From: Spirochaetia bacterium
Lineage (GTDB): Bacteria; Spirochaetota; Spirochaetia; SZUA-6; Fen-1364
DNA length: 64,000 nucleotides
Assembly: GCA_049519415.1 (NCBI GenBank)
Contig: JBEKQU010000011.1
Location: 7,538-71,537 of the forward strand
Direction of reading: 5' to 3'
Position 1 is the first letter of the stretch. Each line of letters starts with the position of its first letter. The position numbers and the translations under genes are program-made. The notes under the pieces were generated by a model. The model was given only the letters and a program-made list of their open reading frames with translations. It searched no databases and had not been told where the DNA came from. This document shows, piece by piece, positions 1 to 8,926 of this stretch.

Positions 1-81
1 ATCGAGCTGACGGCGGTCGGCGACAGCCGCTTGTCGCGATGCATCCGCACCGAGCAGCTCCACGGAGAACACCGGCGGTGA
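1..81 (+). CDS. ABC transporter ATP-binding protein, C-terminal end only (5' part outside window)
   Basis: Frame 1 is open from the window edge to TGA at 79-81. It overlaps the next start as GTGA. The position directly upstream of an OppF/DppF-like gene suggests the OppD/DppD-like partner. Only 26 codons are visible. Confidence 0.3.
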   Translation: MELTAVGDSRLSRCIRTEQLHGEHRR

Positions 82-1064
82 GCGACGCATGCCCACTGCT
101 GGACGTTCGCGATATCACCGTTACGTACGTGCGGCGGGGAACCTCCATTCCTTTCACCGCCGTGGACCGGGCAAGTCTGACGATCAACCGCGGAGAAACG
201 GTCGGTCTGGTCGGGGAATCTGGTTCCGGCAAGACGACCATTAGCCGTGCCGTGCTCGGGCTCACCCCCGTCCGATCCGGTTCGATCCACTTTCAAGGCG
301 TCGACATCACGCATGCTGGATTCGAGCAGCGAAGGAAACTGAGCACCGTGCTCCAGGTCGTCTTCCAGGACCCCTATGGCTCCCTCAACCCGACGCGAAC
401 GATCTGGCAGATCCTCGCCGAGCCGCTGCAGGTCCACAGGCACCTGGATCGCCGCGGCATCCTCGAGAGGGTTTCCTGGGCGCTGGCGCAGGTCGGCATG
501 AGCGCCGATGACGCGGTGAGATACCCCCGCCAGTTCTCCGGAGGCCAGCGGCAGCGCATCGCCATCGCGCGGGCCCTCATGATGTCGCCGAAGCTCATCA
601 TCTGCGACGAGCCGACGAGCGCCCTCGACCTGTCGATCCAGGCCCAGATCCTGAATCTGCTCGCGGAGCTGCAGCGGTCGCTCGACCTCAGCTACCTTTT
701 CATCTCGCACGCTTTGTCCGTTGTCCGCCATGTCGCGCAGCGGATGGTCGTGCTGTATCGCGGCACGATCATGGAGTCCGGGCCGTCCGCCGTCGTGTAC
801 AACCGGCCGATGCACCCGTACTCTCAGATGCTCCTGGCTGCCGAGCCCACTATGAAGCCGCGGTCGGATGCGACGAGGCGGAAACGGTCCGCGCCGGCAC
901 CACGGCAGCCGACGGGAGCCGACGCCTGCGTGTTCCTCGCACGCTGCCCGTTCGCCACGCCGGTCTGCGGCGCCGAGAAGCCCGTCCTGAGGACCGCGGG
1001 AACCGGTTCGCTCGCTGCCTGCCACAATCTCGATGCCGTGGAGGCTGCCGTGCGCGGAGGTTGA
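78..1064 (+). CDS. Oligopeptide/dipeptide-type ABC transporter ATP-binding protein (OppF/DppF-like)
   Basis: Walker A GESGSGKTT, signature FSGGQRQR and Walker B LIICDEPTSALD are present, with the C-terminal Cys-containing oligopeptide-ABC tail. A GTG at 78 overlapping the upstream stop is preferred over the ORF-track start at 39. Confidence 0.85.
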   Translation: MSDACPLLDVRDITVTYVRRGTSIPFTAVDRASLTINRGETVGLVGESGSGKTTISRAVLGLTPVRSGSIHFQGVDITHAGFEQRRKLSTVLQVVFQDPYGSLNPTRTIWQILAEPLQVHRHLDRRGILERVSWALAQVGMSADDAVRYPRQFSGGQRQRIAIARALMMSPKLIICDEPTSALDLSIQAQILNLLAELQRSLDLSYLFISHALSVVRHVAQRMVVLYRGTIMESGPSAVVYNRPMHPYSQMLLAAEPTMKPRSDATRRKRSAPAPRQPTGADACVFLARCPFATPVCGAEKPVLRTAGTGSLAACHNLDAVEAAVRGG

Positions 1065-1095
1065 GGGCAGCTCTTTCGGATCAGGGGGGACGCCG

Positions 1096-2610
1096 ATGAA
1101 CGATGTCGTTGCACAGACACAATGGGGAAAGGTTCGGGGGGAGGTGGTCGGCAATGTGCTGAGATTCCGCGGGATCCCGTTTGCCGACCGGATCGACGGG
1201 CCGGGACGATTCACGCCATCGAGGCCTCCACAGCCCTGGTCAGGGATACGTGAGGCTGCGCAGTGGGCTCCGCCGATTCCGCAGGTCGCCGATGCCGCCG
1301 CGACGGCGGACGCCGAGTACTTCCGGTTCATGTTCGGCGAATCGTACCCCACGCCGGCAAGCGAGGATGGCCTGTTCCTCGATCTCTGGACGCCGTCCCT
1401 CGATCGAGCAGCGAAGCGGCCGGTCATGGTCTGGCTGCATGGCGGTGCCTTCATCTCCGGGGCTCCCTCCCGGCCCCGGGATGATGGCGCCTCGCTTGCC
1501 GCCAAAGGAGATGTCGTGTATGTGGCCCCGAATCATCGCCTCGGCGCGCTGGGGTACCTCTACCTCGACGAGCTCGTCAACCGCGGGGCGAGCTCCGCGA
1601 ACGTCGGCATGCTCGACATTGTCGCATGTCTCGAGTGGGTCGCCGGCAATATCGAGTCCTTCGGGGGAGATCCCGGCAACGTGACGGTCTTCGGAGAGTC
1701 GGGCGGAGCATTCAAGACCGCAACCCTGCTCGCGATGCCGAAGGCGCGCGGGCTTTTTCATCGGGCAATCTGTCAGGCCGGTGTCTTTGCTGAGGGATTC
1801 CTGTCGGTTCTGTCGCGCCAGGAGGCGACGGAGCTCTCGAGGAAATTCCTGGGCTCTCTCGGACCCAACGCCGCGGCTGAGACACTCGACTGTCTCTCGG
1901 TGGAGAGAATCATCTCGGCTCAGAACCTGGCCAGCAGTGGGGCGTTGAGCTGGCGCCCGGTCGCCGACGGGGAGGTTCTGCCGGAATCGCCCGAGAAGGC
2001 TGCTGAACACGGTTCGACGGTGGCCATACCGCTCTTGCTGGGGACAAGCCTCCACGAGGCGGACGTCCTTGCAAGGTACGGCGAATCCTTCGCGGCACGA
2101 ACTCCCGAAGAGCTCGTCCCGGCGCTCGGCGAGCGGGCGAAGGACCTGTTCCAGAAATACCGGGCAGCCGAGGGCAACCGGAAGACGAGCGAAATCGTCA
2201 ATGCAATCCTCTCGGATTGGTTTTTCCGGATCCCCTCTATCCGGTTCGCCGAGGCGTACGGCGCGAACGGCGCTCCGGTTTACATGTACCTGTTCACCTG
2301 GAGGAATCCGCGGGAACCCGAAGCACGGGCGACTCACGGGAGCGAGGGGCCCTTCATCTTCGGCACCCTCGATGCGACCGCCCAGACCCGGGGGGCGCCC
2401 GGCGCAGAGGAGTTGTCGCGGAAGATGCAGGGCGCGTGGCTGGCGTTCGCGCGATCCGGCGATCCGAATCACGCCGGCATCCCCCGATGGCACGAGTATT
2501 CGCCGGACCGCCGGGCGACGATGGTCTTCGATGAGACGGTCCGTGAAGTCGATGACCCGTACGGCCAGGAGCGCATCGCATGGGTCGATGTGGGGAAACA
2601 GCGCGCTTGA
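1096..2610 (+). CDS. Carboxylesterase type B (para-nitrobenzyl esterase-like)
   Basis: Nucleophile elbow FGESGGA and oxyanion-hole stretch WLHGGAF are present. The N-terminus (GKVRG...FRGIPFA) is typical of the family. ATG 1096 is preceded by a purine-rich RBS (aggggggac). Confidence 0.85.
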   Translation: MNDVVAQTQWGKVRGEVVGNVLRFRGIPFADRIDGPGRFTPSRPPQPWSGIREAAQWAPPIPQVADAAATADAEYFRFMFGESYPTPASEDGLFLDLWTPSLDRAAKRPVMVWLHGGAFISGAPSRPRDDGASLAAKGDVVYVAPNHRLGALGYLYLDELVNRGASSANVGMLDIVACLEWVAGNIESFGGDPGNVTVFGESGGAFKTATLLAMPKARGLFHRAICQAGVFAEGFLSVLSRQEATELSRKFLGSLGPNAAAETLDCLSVERIISAQNLASSGALSWRPVADGEVLPESPEKAAEHGSTVAIPLLLGTSLHEADVLARYGESFAARTPEELVPALGERAKDLFQKYRAAEGNRKTSEIVNAILSDWFFRIPSIRFAEAYGANGAPVYMYLFTWRNPREPEARATHGSEGPFIFGTLDATAQTRGAPGAEELSRKMQGAWLAFARSGDPNHAGIPRWHEYSPDRRATMVFDETVREVDDPYGQERIAWVDVGKQRA

Positions 2611-2778
2611 TCTCGTGAAGCTTTGGTCGCAGGAGGGATCTCGGCTACCCGAGGCCCCGACTGCATCAGGGCTCATCGCCGCGATTCGGTCCTTGCCTCG
2701 ACCGGCCCGCAGGTTCGCAACGAGCACACCGTCCGTGCGCTGAAACACTTGCGGCTCGCTGCCGTTTCCAAGAGAAGT

Positions 2779-3903
2779 TCAGGTGCTCGACAAAACCGGG
2801 TACTTTCCATACTGCCGGCATGTCTCGAAAACACTCACGATTTTCTCCACCGACACGTCGGGCTGGAAGTTGTGCGCACCCGCGAGGATCAAGCCGCCGC
2901 CTTTTCCGGCGGCATCGATAACCCTCCTCACCTCTCCCTCGACATCCTGCACGGTGCCAAATGGAATCACGCTCTGAATATCCATGCCTCCGAAGAAAGC
3001 CACGCGCTCTCCGTAGAGCCTCTTCAACCTTGGCAAATCCATGTCCCGCGCGGTAGGCTGCAGGGCGTTCAGGATATCCACGCCGATCTCCACGAGCTCC
3101 GGGATGATTGGAGCGTATGAGCCGCAGCAGTGATAGGCGATCATGACGCGAGGGTTCCCGTCTTTCAGAGACCTGATGACGGTGCTAAGCCTGTCCTTGA
3201 GGTGCTTCCTCCAAAGATCCGGCGAAAGAAGCATTCCATTCTGCGTTCCTACGTCGTCGCCCAGCCAGATGATATCGGCTCCAATGGCTACAAGCTGTCT
3301 TCCGATTTCGATGCTGAAGCGCATCATCCTGTCCATGAGAGCAAACACGTAATCCTTCTCGAGGCTGAGGTCGACGAGAAACTTCTCGAATCCCGTGAGG
3401 TACCAGGAACCTTCGAAAACCGTGCACTCTGCGTCTCCGCAGATCGCGTGGCTCTCCCCGTAGCGCTCGGCGACCTCTTTTGCCAGACGGAACCTCCCTT
3501 TTGCGTGAGGGTCGGGAAACTCGAAGCTCTCCACATCCGCCACGCGCTCCGCGCGCGCCAGCGGATGCTCGAGCATCTCACTGTAGTATCCGGCCGTTCT
3601 GTACTTGACGCCCCATTCGTTCGTGAGCACGCCGGATTCAAGCTCTCGGGTCGGGCTTGCGTCAGGAGAGCACGCGCCGATTCCCACGACGTCATTTCCC
3701 AGCTCCACGAGGAGCTCGTGGTAGGAGATCCTGTTCTGTGAAAGCGGCGAATCAGCCGTTGTGTAGCGTGGGATCTTCAGATGATGGCTCATGCTCTCTG
3801 CAAGCTGCGGAGTGATGGTGACATAGATCGGAACACGGTCCGGCTCTTCTCTCCTGACAGCCTTGAGCACTCGCATACGGGACGAAAGCTCCGCCACGCT
3901 CAT
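2779..3903 (-). CDS. Uroporphyrinogen decarboxylase (URO-D) family protein, MtaA/CmuA-like methyltransferase fold
   Basis: Family-level resemblance holds over the whole length (RVPIY..., GADIIWLGDD..., FFGGMD...). Start chosen at MSVAELS; substrate unknown. Confidence 0.6.
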   Translation of the reverse strand: MSVAELSSRMRVLKAVRREEPDRVPIYVTITPQLAESMSHHLKIPRYTTADSPLSQNRISYHELLVELGNDVVGIGACSPDASPTRELESGVLTNEWGVKYRTAGYYSEMLEHPLARAERVADVESFEFPDPHAKGRFRLAKEVAERYGESHAICGDAECTVFEGSWYLTGFEKFLVDLSLEKDYVFALMDRMMRFSIEIGRQLVAIGADIIWLGDDVGTQNGMLLSPDLWRKHLKDRLSTVIRSLKDGNPRVMIAYHCCGSYAPIIPELVEIGVDILNALQPTARDMDLPRLKRLYGERVAFFGGMDIQSVIPFGTVQDVEGEVRRVIDAAGKGGGLILAGAHNFQPDVSVEKIVSVFETCRQYGKYPVLSST

Positions 3904-4261
3904 GCACACACTCCTGCGCCTCAGCTGGCGCAATCCCAGCATACACCGCCGGGAGCCAAGTCATCGATCCGTCTGTGTACCTCGTCCTTGACCTGCTGTG
4001 GGCTTCCAAGCGGCAGGACCCACTGCTATCTACACCTCCGCCCCAGAACGTGAGGTCCCGGCGGAACTCCTTTTTCAGCCGGGGATAGGGTGATGTCCTC
4101 ACGCGCTGTGTGGTCACTCTTTAATCTGGCTTCGCATAAACGTACTGCGTCGTCATGCCGAGTGCAACCAGTAGAGACGGCGCTGCTTCGATAGGCACCG
4201 TTTTCGTTTCGGGCATTTTATTTTCGGGTATGTTGCAATTCCCTACAACGTAGGGACTTAT

Positions 4262-4304
4262 ATGGGCGATACTGGGATTGAACCAGTGACTTCTACCGTG
4301 TGAA
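4262..4304. repeat. Distal att repeat (partial tRNA-Val 3' segment)
   Basis: ATGGGCGATACTGGGATTGAACCAGTGACTTCTACCGTGTGAA is identical to 17614-17656. No 5' tRNA half is adjacent. Confidence 0.9.
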
Positions 4305-4432
4305 TGTACGACTCGGCAAATGCGCCTGTTTTCCATACTAATACTGACAGATACTGGAATAGCATAAAACAAAGTAATTCGCAAGGTTCCTCCTACTGAA
4401 AGATTTTGAGGAATACCCGCGTTGCCTGAAAG

Positions 4433-4453
4433 TTGCTCACACTTTTGCTCACA
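4433..4453. repeat. Tandem TTGCTCACA repeats (candidate integrase arm-type sites), distal end
   Basis: TTGCTCACA-ctt-TTGCTCACA has a 12-bp period. The same arrangement and orientation occur at 17533-17553. Confidence 0.6.
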
Positions 4454-4580
4454 CAAGAATGAGCTGCCAAGTCATGCTGGGGAAAAGTATGCGGCAAGGC
4501 TCCTGCAGATTGATTCCAGGGCCGTCTACGCGCGTCTGGTAGGCGTCCGGTTGGCACCCGCTCACGCTTGGGCACGTGAT

Positions 4581-4670
4581 GGGCCGTAGACGCGCCGCGG
4601 GGTTGACGTGAGTTGGCAAGAGGCGGGGGAATCACCGGGGGGATATAACGTCTCTATTGCATTCTGCGGG
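4581..4670 (-). repeat. Cargo-junction repeat, copy C (most diverged)
   Basis: Plus-strand boxes GGGCCGTAGA (4581-4590) and TTCTGCGGG (4662-4670) have the same order and similar spacing as copy B. The copy lies downstream of the caspase-ankyrin stop. Confidence 0.4.
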
Positions 4671-4810
4671 CGATAGTGCGCGAGGCCAGCGCCCCGTTTG
4701 AGCGGACGCTGAGAATGTCGGCGCGAGAGGCACGCCATTGCCAGCCGTGCATGGCGTTGCTACGGTTGAATCTGCGCGCAACCCTTATCGTGTCTCGGGG
4801 TTCCAGCCAG

Positions 4811-7006
4811 CTATTGAAGAGCCTCAGGGGTCTTTGTGAGGTCCGAGTCCTTTAGTTTTGGGTTGGCAAGAATATAGTCATACGCACTCTTACCTGACAT
4901 GTCACGTGCGGTCCTATCCGCACCGTTTGCAAGAAGCAGCTTAACAACTTCGGGATTAGTGTTTCCGCTTGCTGCTGCGAGCAAGGGAGTCATTCCGGCG
5001 AAATTTCGTTGGTTGATATTTGACCCTGAGGAAACGAGAATCTTGCATACCTCCGGGTTGTCGTTATGTAAAGCGGCTTGGATCAGAGGTGTTGATCCAT
5101 CAGATAGTTTATCGTTAACCGAGGCGCCGAGTGAAATAAGCAACCTAGTTACCTCAGGGTTCTTATTGCTATCTGCGGCCTCCAATAGGGCTGTCCACCC
5201 TTTATTGTCTTTTTCGTTTAACTGTGATCCATGAGACATTAGGAACTTTATGACATCCGGGTTTGGATTATGCGAGGCTGCAGCTTGTAATGCGGTTCCA
5301 CCAAACTGTGTCTTCTCGCTTATAGAGCTGCCGGATTCAATCAGAACCTGCAACACTTCTGGACTCTGATTTCCCCAGCAAGCCTCAAGAAAGGGTGTAT
5401 AGCCCTCGGTAGTGCGGTCCGATAAGCTTGCCCCAGCACTTAGCAAGAGGCGAAGTATTTCAGGGTTTTGATTGTTGAGGGCTGCTTCCAATATAGGCGT
5501 CCAACCGCCACCAATGCGATGTTCAACTTCTGCCCCCGCTTTTAACAAAAACGAGGTCACTTCGATCATAGGATTAAACGCAACGGCTTCAAATAGTGCC
5601 GTCCAACCATCTTTTTTAGCAGTGTTTACATTGGCTCCTGATTCCAGAAGAAATTTGATACTATCCGGATTACGATTTCCCCAAGCAGCTTCGATGATCG
5701 GAGTCCAGCCTTCGTTGTCCTGTTCGTTAATATTCGCGCCTGCCTTCAAGAGTATCTGCATTACATCTGCGTTATTTCTCATAGCTGCATAAATTAGTGC
5801 CGTCTTCCCAGAACTATCTCTAATCATAACCTTTGCCCCTGCAGAAAGTAGAAGGGCAACGATGTTAGCATCAGGATTGGAAGAAGCAGCGGACATTAGT
5901 GGCGTAACATCCGCAGGCGTTTGGGCATTGACGTCAGCTCCTGCCTCGATCAAAGAACGAACCACGTCTGCATGGTTCGTGAGCGCGGCCTCATGCAGTG
6001 CGGTATAGCCAGCTTTTTCGGGTTCGTCGACTTTTGCCCCGGCCGATAGAAGTGATTTAAGAACATTCACGTCATGGTTGAAAGCAGCAGCGAAAGCAAG
6101 GGCCGTAGCGCCAAACGTCTTATCTTTCGCGTCAAGGCTCAGGCCGCTTGACAACAGAGCGTTAACTTCTTGAACCGTTCCTGTTTTTAAGATTGCGACC
6201 TCTGCATCAGATAGTGTTGGCAAGGTTCTCGGTGGGACGACGACTGCTTTCTGGGTGGGCCCCGCTAATAGCGCTTCTCCAAAGTATTGGCTGTACATAG
6301 CAGGAACTTGCATGCCATTAGTCTCAGTCTGAACCCTCGCACCCGTTCGGTTAAACACATCTCTAATGTCCAGTCCTGGAGTCGTAAGATCCTTTAGAAG
6401 CTCCGATGTAAAGATTCCGTTTCGGCCTTGGCCATCTTGCGCAACGCTTCCTGCGCTTGTGGCAAAGACTACTATGCTACCAGGTGGTTGCCTATCTACA
6501 ACCGAAAGACCGCGCGTGCCCGAGCGCGCCCAAGAGAAGGGGTTGTCGCGGCAAGCATCAAGCACCACCACGTTCAGGGAGTTGTGAGCTTCCGCCAGCA
6601 CATCAAGCACCTCCTGCGCGGAAAGCGCCTTTGATCTGAGGAAGACCTCTACAGGAATATGAGCGTCAGTAGGTATCAGGTAGTTGATTCCATTAGATTG
6701 CACTCCGTGGCCAGCGTAAAAGAAAAACCCAATAGAATCTTTCGAGGTCGAAAGCCGGTTTCCCAGGCGCACGACAGCGTCCTCCATGGTTGCAAGATCA
6801 GCGTCTGCAAGACTATCGACCTGGAAGCCCAAACTTTTCAGCGCCTCCCCGATATCGTGAGCGTCATTAGTCGGGTTCTTGAGCTTGCTCAGCTCGATAT
6901 AGTTGCCGTTCCCAACGACAAGGGCGTAGCGGGCTGATTGTCCAAAAACGGGCGGCGTGAGACTTAGCACAGCGAGCAGAACGGTGATGAGTTTCGATTT
7001 CTTCAT
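4811..7006 (-). CDS. Secreted caspase (peptidase C14)-ankyrin repeat fusion protein
   Basis: An N-terminal signal peptide (MKKSKLITVLLAVLSLTPPVFG/Q) is present. The caspase p20-like domain has YAGHG (His100) and LDACRDNPF (Cys152). About 13 ankyrin repeats of the 34-residue variant (xNxNPEV..LL.AGA) follow. RBS AGGAG lies upstream of ATG 7006. Confidence 0.9.
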   Translation of the reverse strand: MKKSKLITVLLAVLSLTPPVFGQSARYALVVGNGNYIELSKLKNPTNDAHDIGEALKSLGFQVDSLADADLATMEDAVVRLGNRLSTSKDSIGFFFYAGHGVQSNGINYLIPTDAHIPVEVFLRSKALSAQEVLDVLAEAHNSLNVVVLDACRDNPFSWARSGTRGLSVVDRQPPGSIVVFATSAGSVAQDGQGRNGIFTSELLKDLTTPGLDIRDVFNRTGARVQTETNGMQVPAMYSQYFGEALLAGPTQKAVVVPPRTLPTLSDAEVAILKTGTVQEVNALLSSGLSLDAKDKTFGATALAFAAAFNHDVNVLKSLLSAGAKVDEPEKAGYTALHEAALTNHADVVRSLIEAGADVNAQTPADVTPLMSAASSNPDANIVALLLSAGAKVMIRDSSGKTALIYAAMRNNADVMQILLKAGANINEQDNEGWTPIIEAAWGNRNPDSIKFLLESGANVNTAKKDGWTALFEAVAFNPMIEVTSFLLKAGAEVEHRIGGGWTPILEAALNNQNPEILRLLLSAGASLSDRTTEGYTPFLEACWGNQSPEVLQVLIESGSSISEKTQFGGTALQAAASHNPNPDVIKFLMSHGSQLNEKDNKGWTALLEAADSNKNPEVTRLLISLGASVNDKLSDGSTPLIQAALHNDNPEVCKILVSSGSNINQRNFAGMTPLLAAASGNTNPEVVKLLLANGADRTARDMSGKSAYDYILANPKLKDSDLTKTPEALQ

Positions 7007-7026
7007 ACTCGTCTCCTCGTTTAAGC

Positions 7027-7054
7027 ATTATACAACGCCCCCTGAGCGAGGCAA
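7027..7054 (-). promoter_or_regulatory. Sigma70-like promoter of the caspase-ankyrin gene
   Basis: The minus strand reads TTGCCT-16 nt-TATAAT, about 20 nt upstream of the RBS and ATG. Confidence 0.55.
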
Positions 7055-7160
7055 GCAATGTTAGCGGCATGTCGTGTGTGTTCCCTTTTAAGCCACTTTT
7101 CCCGTGCGTAGAAGTCCCCGGCGATTTCTGAACCTCCCGGATTTTCCCCTAGGCGTGCGT

Positions 7161-7260
7161 AGAGGGCCGCAGACGAATCGGACGTGAAATGACATACGGC
7201 AGGAGCCCTCCGCGTTGAGCCTGCGTGGCTATGTTCTCGAAAAGGGGGGTGTTTCTGCCG
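7161..7260 (-). repeat. Cargo-junction repeat, copy A
   Basis: 7161-7184 matches 10007-10030 at 22 of 24 positions. Further shared blocks are CATACGGC, CGCGTTG and GTTCTC/GTTCTG. The copy lies downstream of the three-gene operon. Confidence 0.65.
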
Positions 7261-7499
7261 CAGTACGTGACCGCTCCGCGACGGACACGATGCGGGAGAG
7301 ACCGTCACACCGTCATAGTCTTGAATAAATCAAGCCGTGATCCCCAATCAAGAGGCAGCGCTCCTCGCTTCTTGGAGGTGCGGCCGATTACCGCTGAGCG
7401 CAGCATTCGCGCACTGCGTGTCTTCGTTCCCATGGAGCGCAAGCCCGCTCCCAAGCCGTAACCGCACGCTACTATCGAACCGGAAGGATTGAGCGGAAG

Positions 7500-7916
7500 C
7501 TATATTTTCAATTCGCTCCTCTTATAGAGATAGAAGCCATTTCCCTGGGTCACATAGGACAGATTAACAAGCTTGATGAGGACTTCATCGAAAGGCAGGT
7601 TCCCTTTGATCTTCTGTGCAAGCTCATTTACATACTCAATGAACTTACTAACAATCGCCTCATCAAGCTGTACTGTAAGATCGCCTGCTTTGATTGCTTG
7701 GATTCGCATATAGAAGGCTGCATACACTGAGCTAAGAATATGATGTAGATAGACCAGCTCTGGCGTTGTTTTTGCATTGAGTGCTCGATTGACCGCCCCG
7801 AATACCGCGCTGAAATAGAACAGCTTTTCATCAAAGGGGACATTTTCTCCAAGCTTGCTCAAAACGAAATCAAGATCGGGGTCGATGATTGTCCTAGCGT
7901 CACCAGACACGACCAT
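7500..7916 (-). CDS. Hypothetical protein, third gene of the toxin/XRE operon
   Basis: ATG 7916 is preceded by a strong RBS (GAGGAGGAAATGT) embedded in the 3' end of the XRE gene, giving a 17-nt overlap. No motif was recognised. The sequence looks helical. Confidence 0.65.
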   Translation of the reverse strand: MVVSGDARTIIDPDLDFVLSKLGENVPFDEKLFYFSAVFGAVNRALNAKTTPELVYLHHILSSVYAAFYMRIQAIKAGDLTVQLDEAIVSKFIEYVNELAQKIKGNLPFDEVLIKLVNLSYVTQGNGFYLYKRSELKI

Positions 7917-8385
7917 ACATTTCCTCCTCAACAACGCCTGATTGCGGCGGGAATAGCCCGGGGCTAGCGGTTCCTATACCAACCAAAGTGTTTGTCCCTA
8001 CAAGAGTCTGTCCACTGTATGCGGCTAACGTTCCTAGTTCATGCACGCTGCTTACGGCCGATGTAATTCGGATTCCCTCAGGCGCGCGAACACCATATGA
8101 AACAGCGCGCCGCGGCCTCATTCCAACAAAGAGCTCAAAATCAATAGCGTCCGCCACTCGGCAGAGCGTAAGCAAAGTCATGTTTGACTTGCCCTGCATG
8201 AGCTGGCTGACATATGCCTTGCTCACCCTAAGACGTTCTGAGAGTTGTTTCTTGGACAGGCTTAGTGCTTTCAGCCTATTGCTTACTTGAATCGCAACAT
8301 CGATTGCGAGAGCTTCAGCCTTGTACTCTGGAGTCTTCCGCGCCTGCGCTCCCGATTCACTCCACCATCTTTGCGCGTTAATCAT
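7900..8385 (-). CDS. XRE-family HTH protein (HigA-like antitoxin candidate)
   Basis: The HTH stretch is LSKKQLSERLRVSKAYVSQLMQGKSNMTLLTLCRVADAI. There is an ATGA overlap with the upstream toxin-like gene. Confidence 0.8.
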   Translation of the reverse strand: MINAQRWWSESGAQARKTPEYKAEALAIDVAIQVSNRLKALSLSKKQLSERLRVSKAYVSQLMQGKSNMTLLTLCRVADAIDFELFVGMRPRRAVSYGVRAPEGIRITSAVSSVHELGTLAAYSGQTLVGTNTLVGIGTASPGLFPPQSGVVEEEMYGRVW

Positions 8386-8792
8386 TCATCGCTCTCCACC
8401 CACTCAGGATTTGCGTCGAACCTCTGTTTTGCTTTTATTGCTCGCCTGTATTGAGCCTTCTCCACTAAAACTGTTTTTATGAAATGCGTAGCCATGAGCA
8501 GCCTTCTATGATTCCCATAGAAAAAGCACCCGATCCTATGTCTCCCCTTCTTTAGCTCGCAAAAGAACTCGTCGCCTTCTTTCCAACAATCCAACTGTTC
8601 GTCGTTCAGAGTTTCATAGCCTTGCGTAGAAATTATCTCTATGAGGTGCCTAAAACCTCTTGCTGCAACGGATGAGTCTCTTTGACTGAAGAAATCCAAC
8701 ACCTCGGATTTCTCACCCTTCTGTAAGACATAAACGTATGTCCGTGGACCCCTTTCAATTAGTATAGCACGCATTCTGACTGGTGTCAACAT
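8382..8792 (-). CDS. RelE/ParE-superfamily toxin, phage Gp49-like (HigB-like)
   Basis: The C-terminal pattern FCELKKGRHRIGCFFYGNHRRLLMATHFIK...YRRAIKAKQRF fits Gp49/DUF891-type toxins. The toxin-first gene order is typical of HigBA. The start could be 8774. Confidence 0.65.
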   Translation of the reverse strand: MLTPVRMRAILIERGPRTYVYVLQKGEKSEVLDFFSQRDSSVAARGFRHLIEIISTQGYETLNDEQLDCWKEGDEFFCELKKGRHRIGCFFYGNHRRLLMATHFIKTVLVEKAQYRRAIKAKQRFDANPEWVESDE

Positions 8793-8887
8793 TGGTTAAG
8801 TTATAGCTTTACTCACTACCTAAGACTCCATTAACTGCCTAATCCTAAGGCATAATGATCTTAAAATCAACAGAAAAAGCGGAAACC

Positions 8888-8926
8888 AGAAGCAAAAGGG
8901 CCTCCCGCAGAAAAGCATAGGGGGCC
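8888..8926 (-). terminator. Putative rho-independent terminator after the serine recombinase
   Basis: The minus strand reads GGCCCCC-13 nt loop-GGGAGGCC (7 bp with one bulge), followed by CUUUUGCUU. Confidence 0.4.

Noticed and set aside
1240-2748. 502-aa ORF antisense to the carboxylesterase gene.
   Set aside because: Arg/Pro/Gly-rich translation with no motif. It overlaps a well-supported gene completely. This is a typical high-GC antisense open frame.
1-4261. Possibility that the left flank is a second island or an assembly chimera.
   Set aside because: By eye, its composition and codon style resemble the chromosome to the right of the element. There are no integrase, repeat or tRNA fragments. 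It is consistent with the original sequence downstream of tRNA-Val.
4121-4456. 111-aa minus-strand ORF at the left end of the element.
   Set aside because: It runs through the tRNA-derived att repeat and the TTGCTCACA repeats. It has no RBS and no recognisable sequence features.
4520-4596. Pair of GGGCCGTCTACGCGCG / GGGCCGTAGACGCGCC motifs as a hairpin.
   Set aside because: Only the central GTCTAC/GTAGAC hexamers are complementary (11 of 16 overall). I kept only the second motif, as box 2 of repeat copy C.
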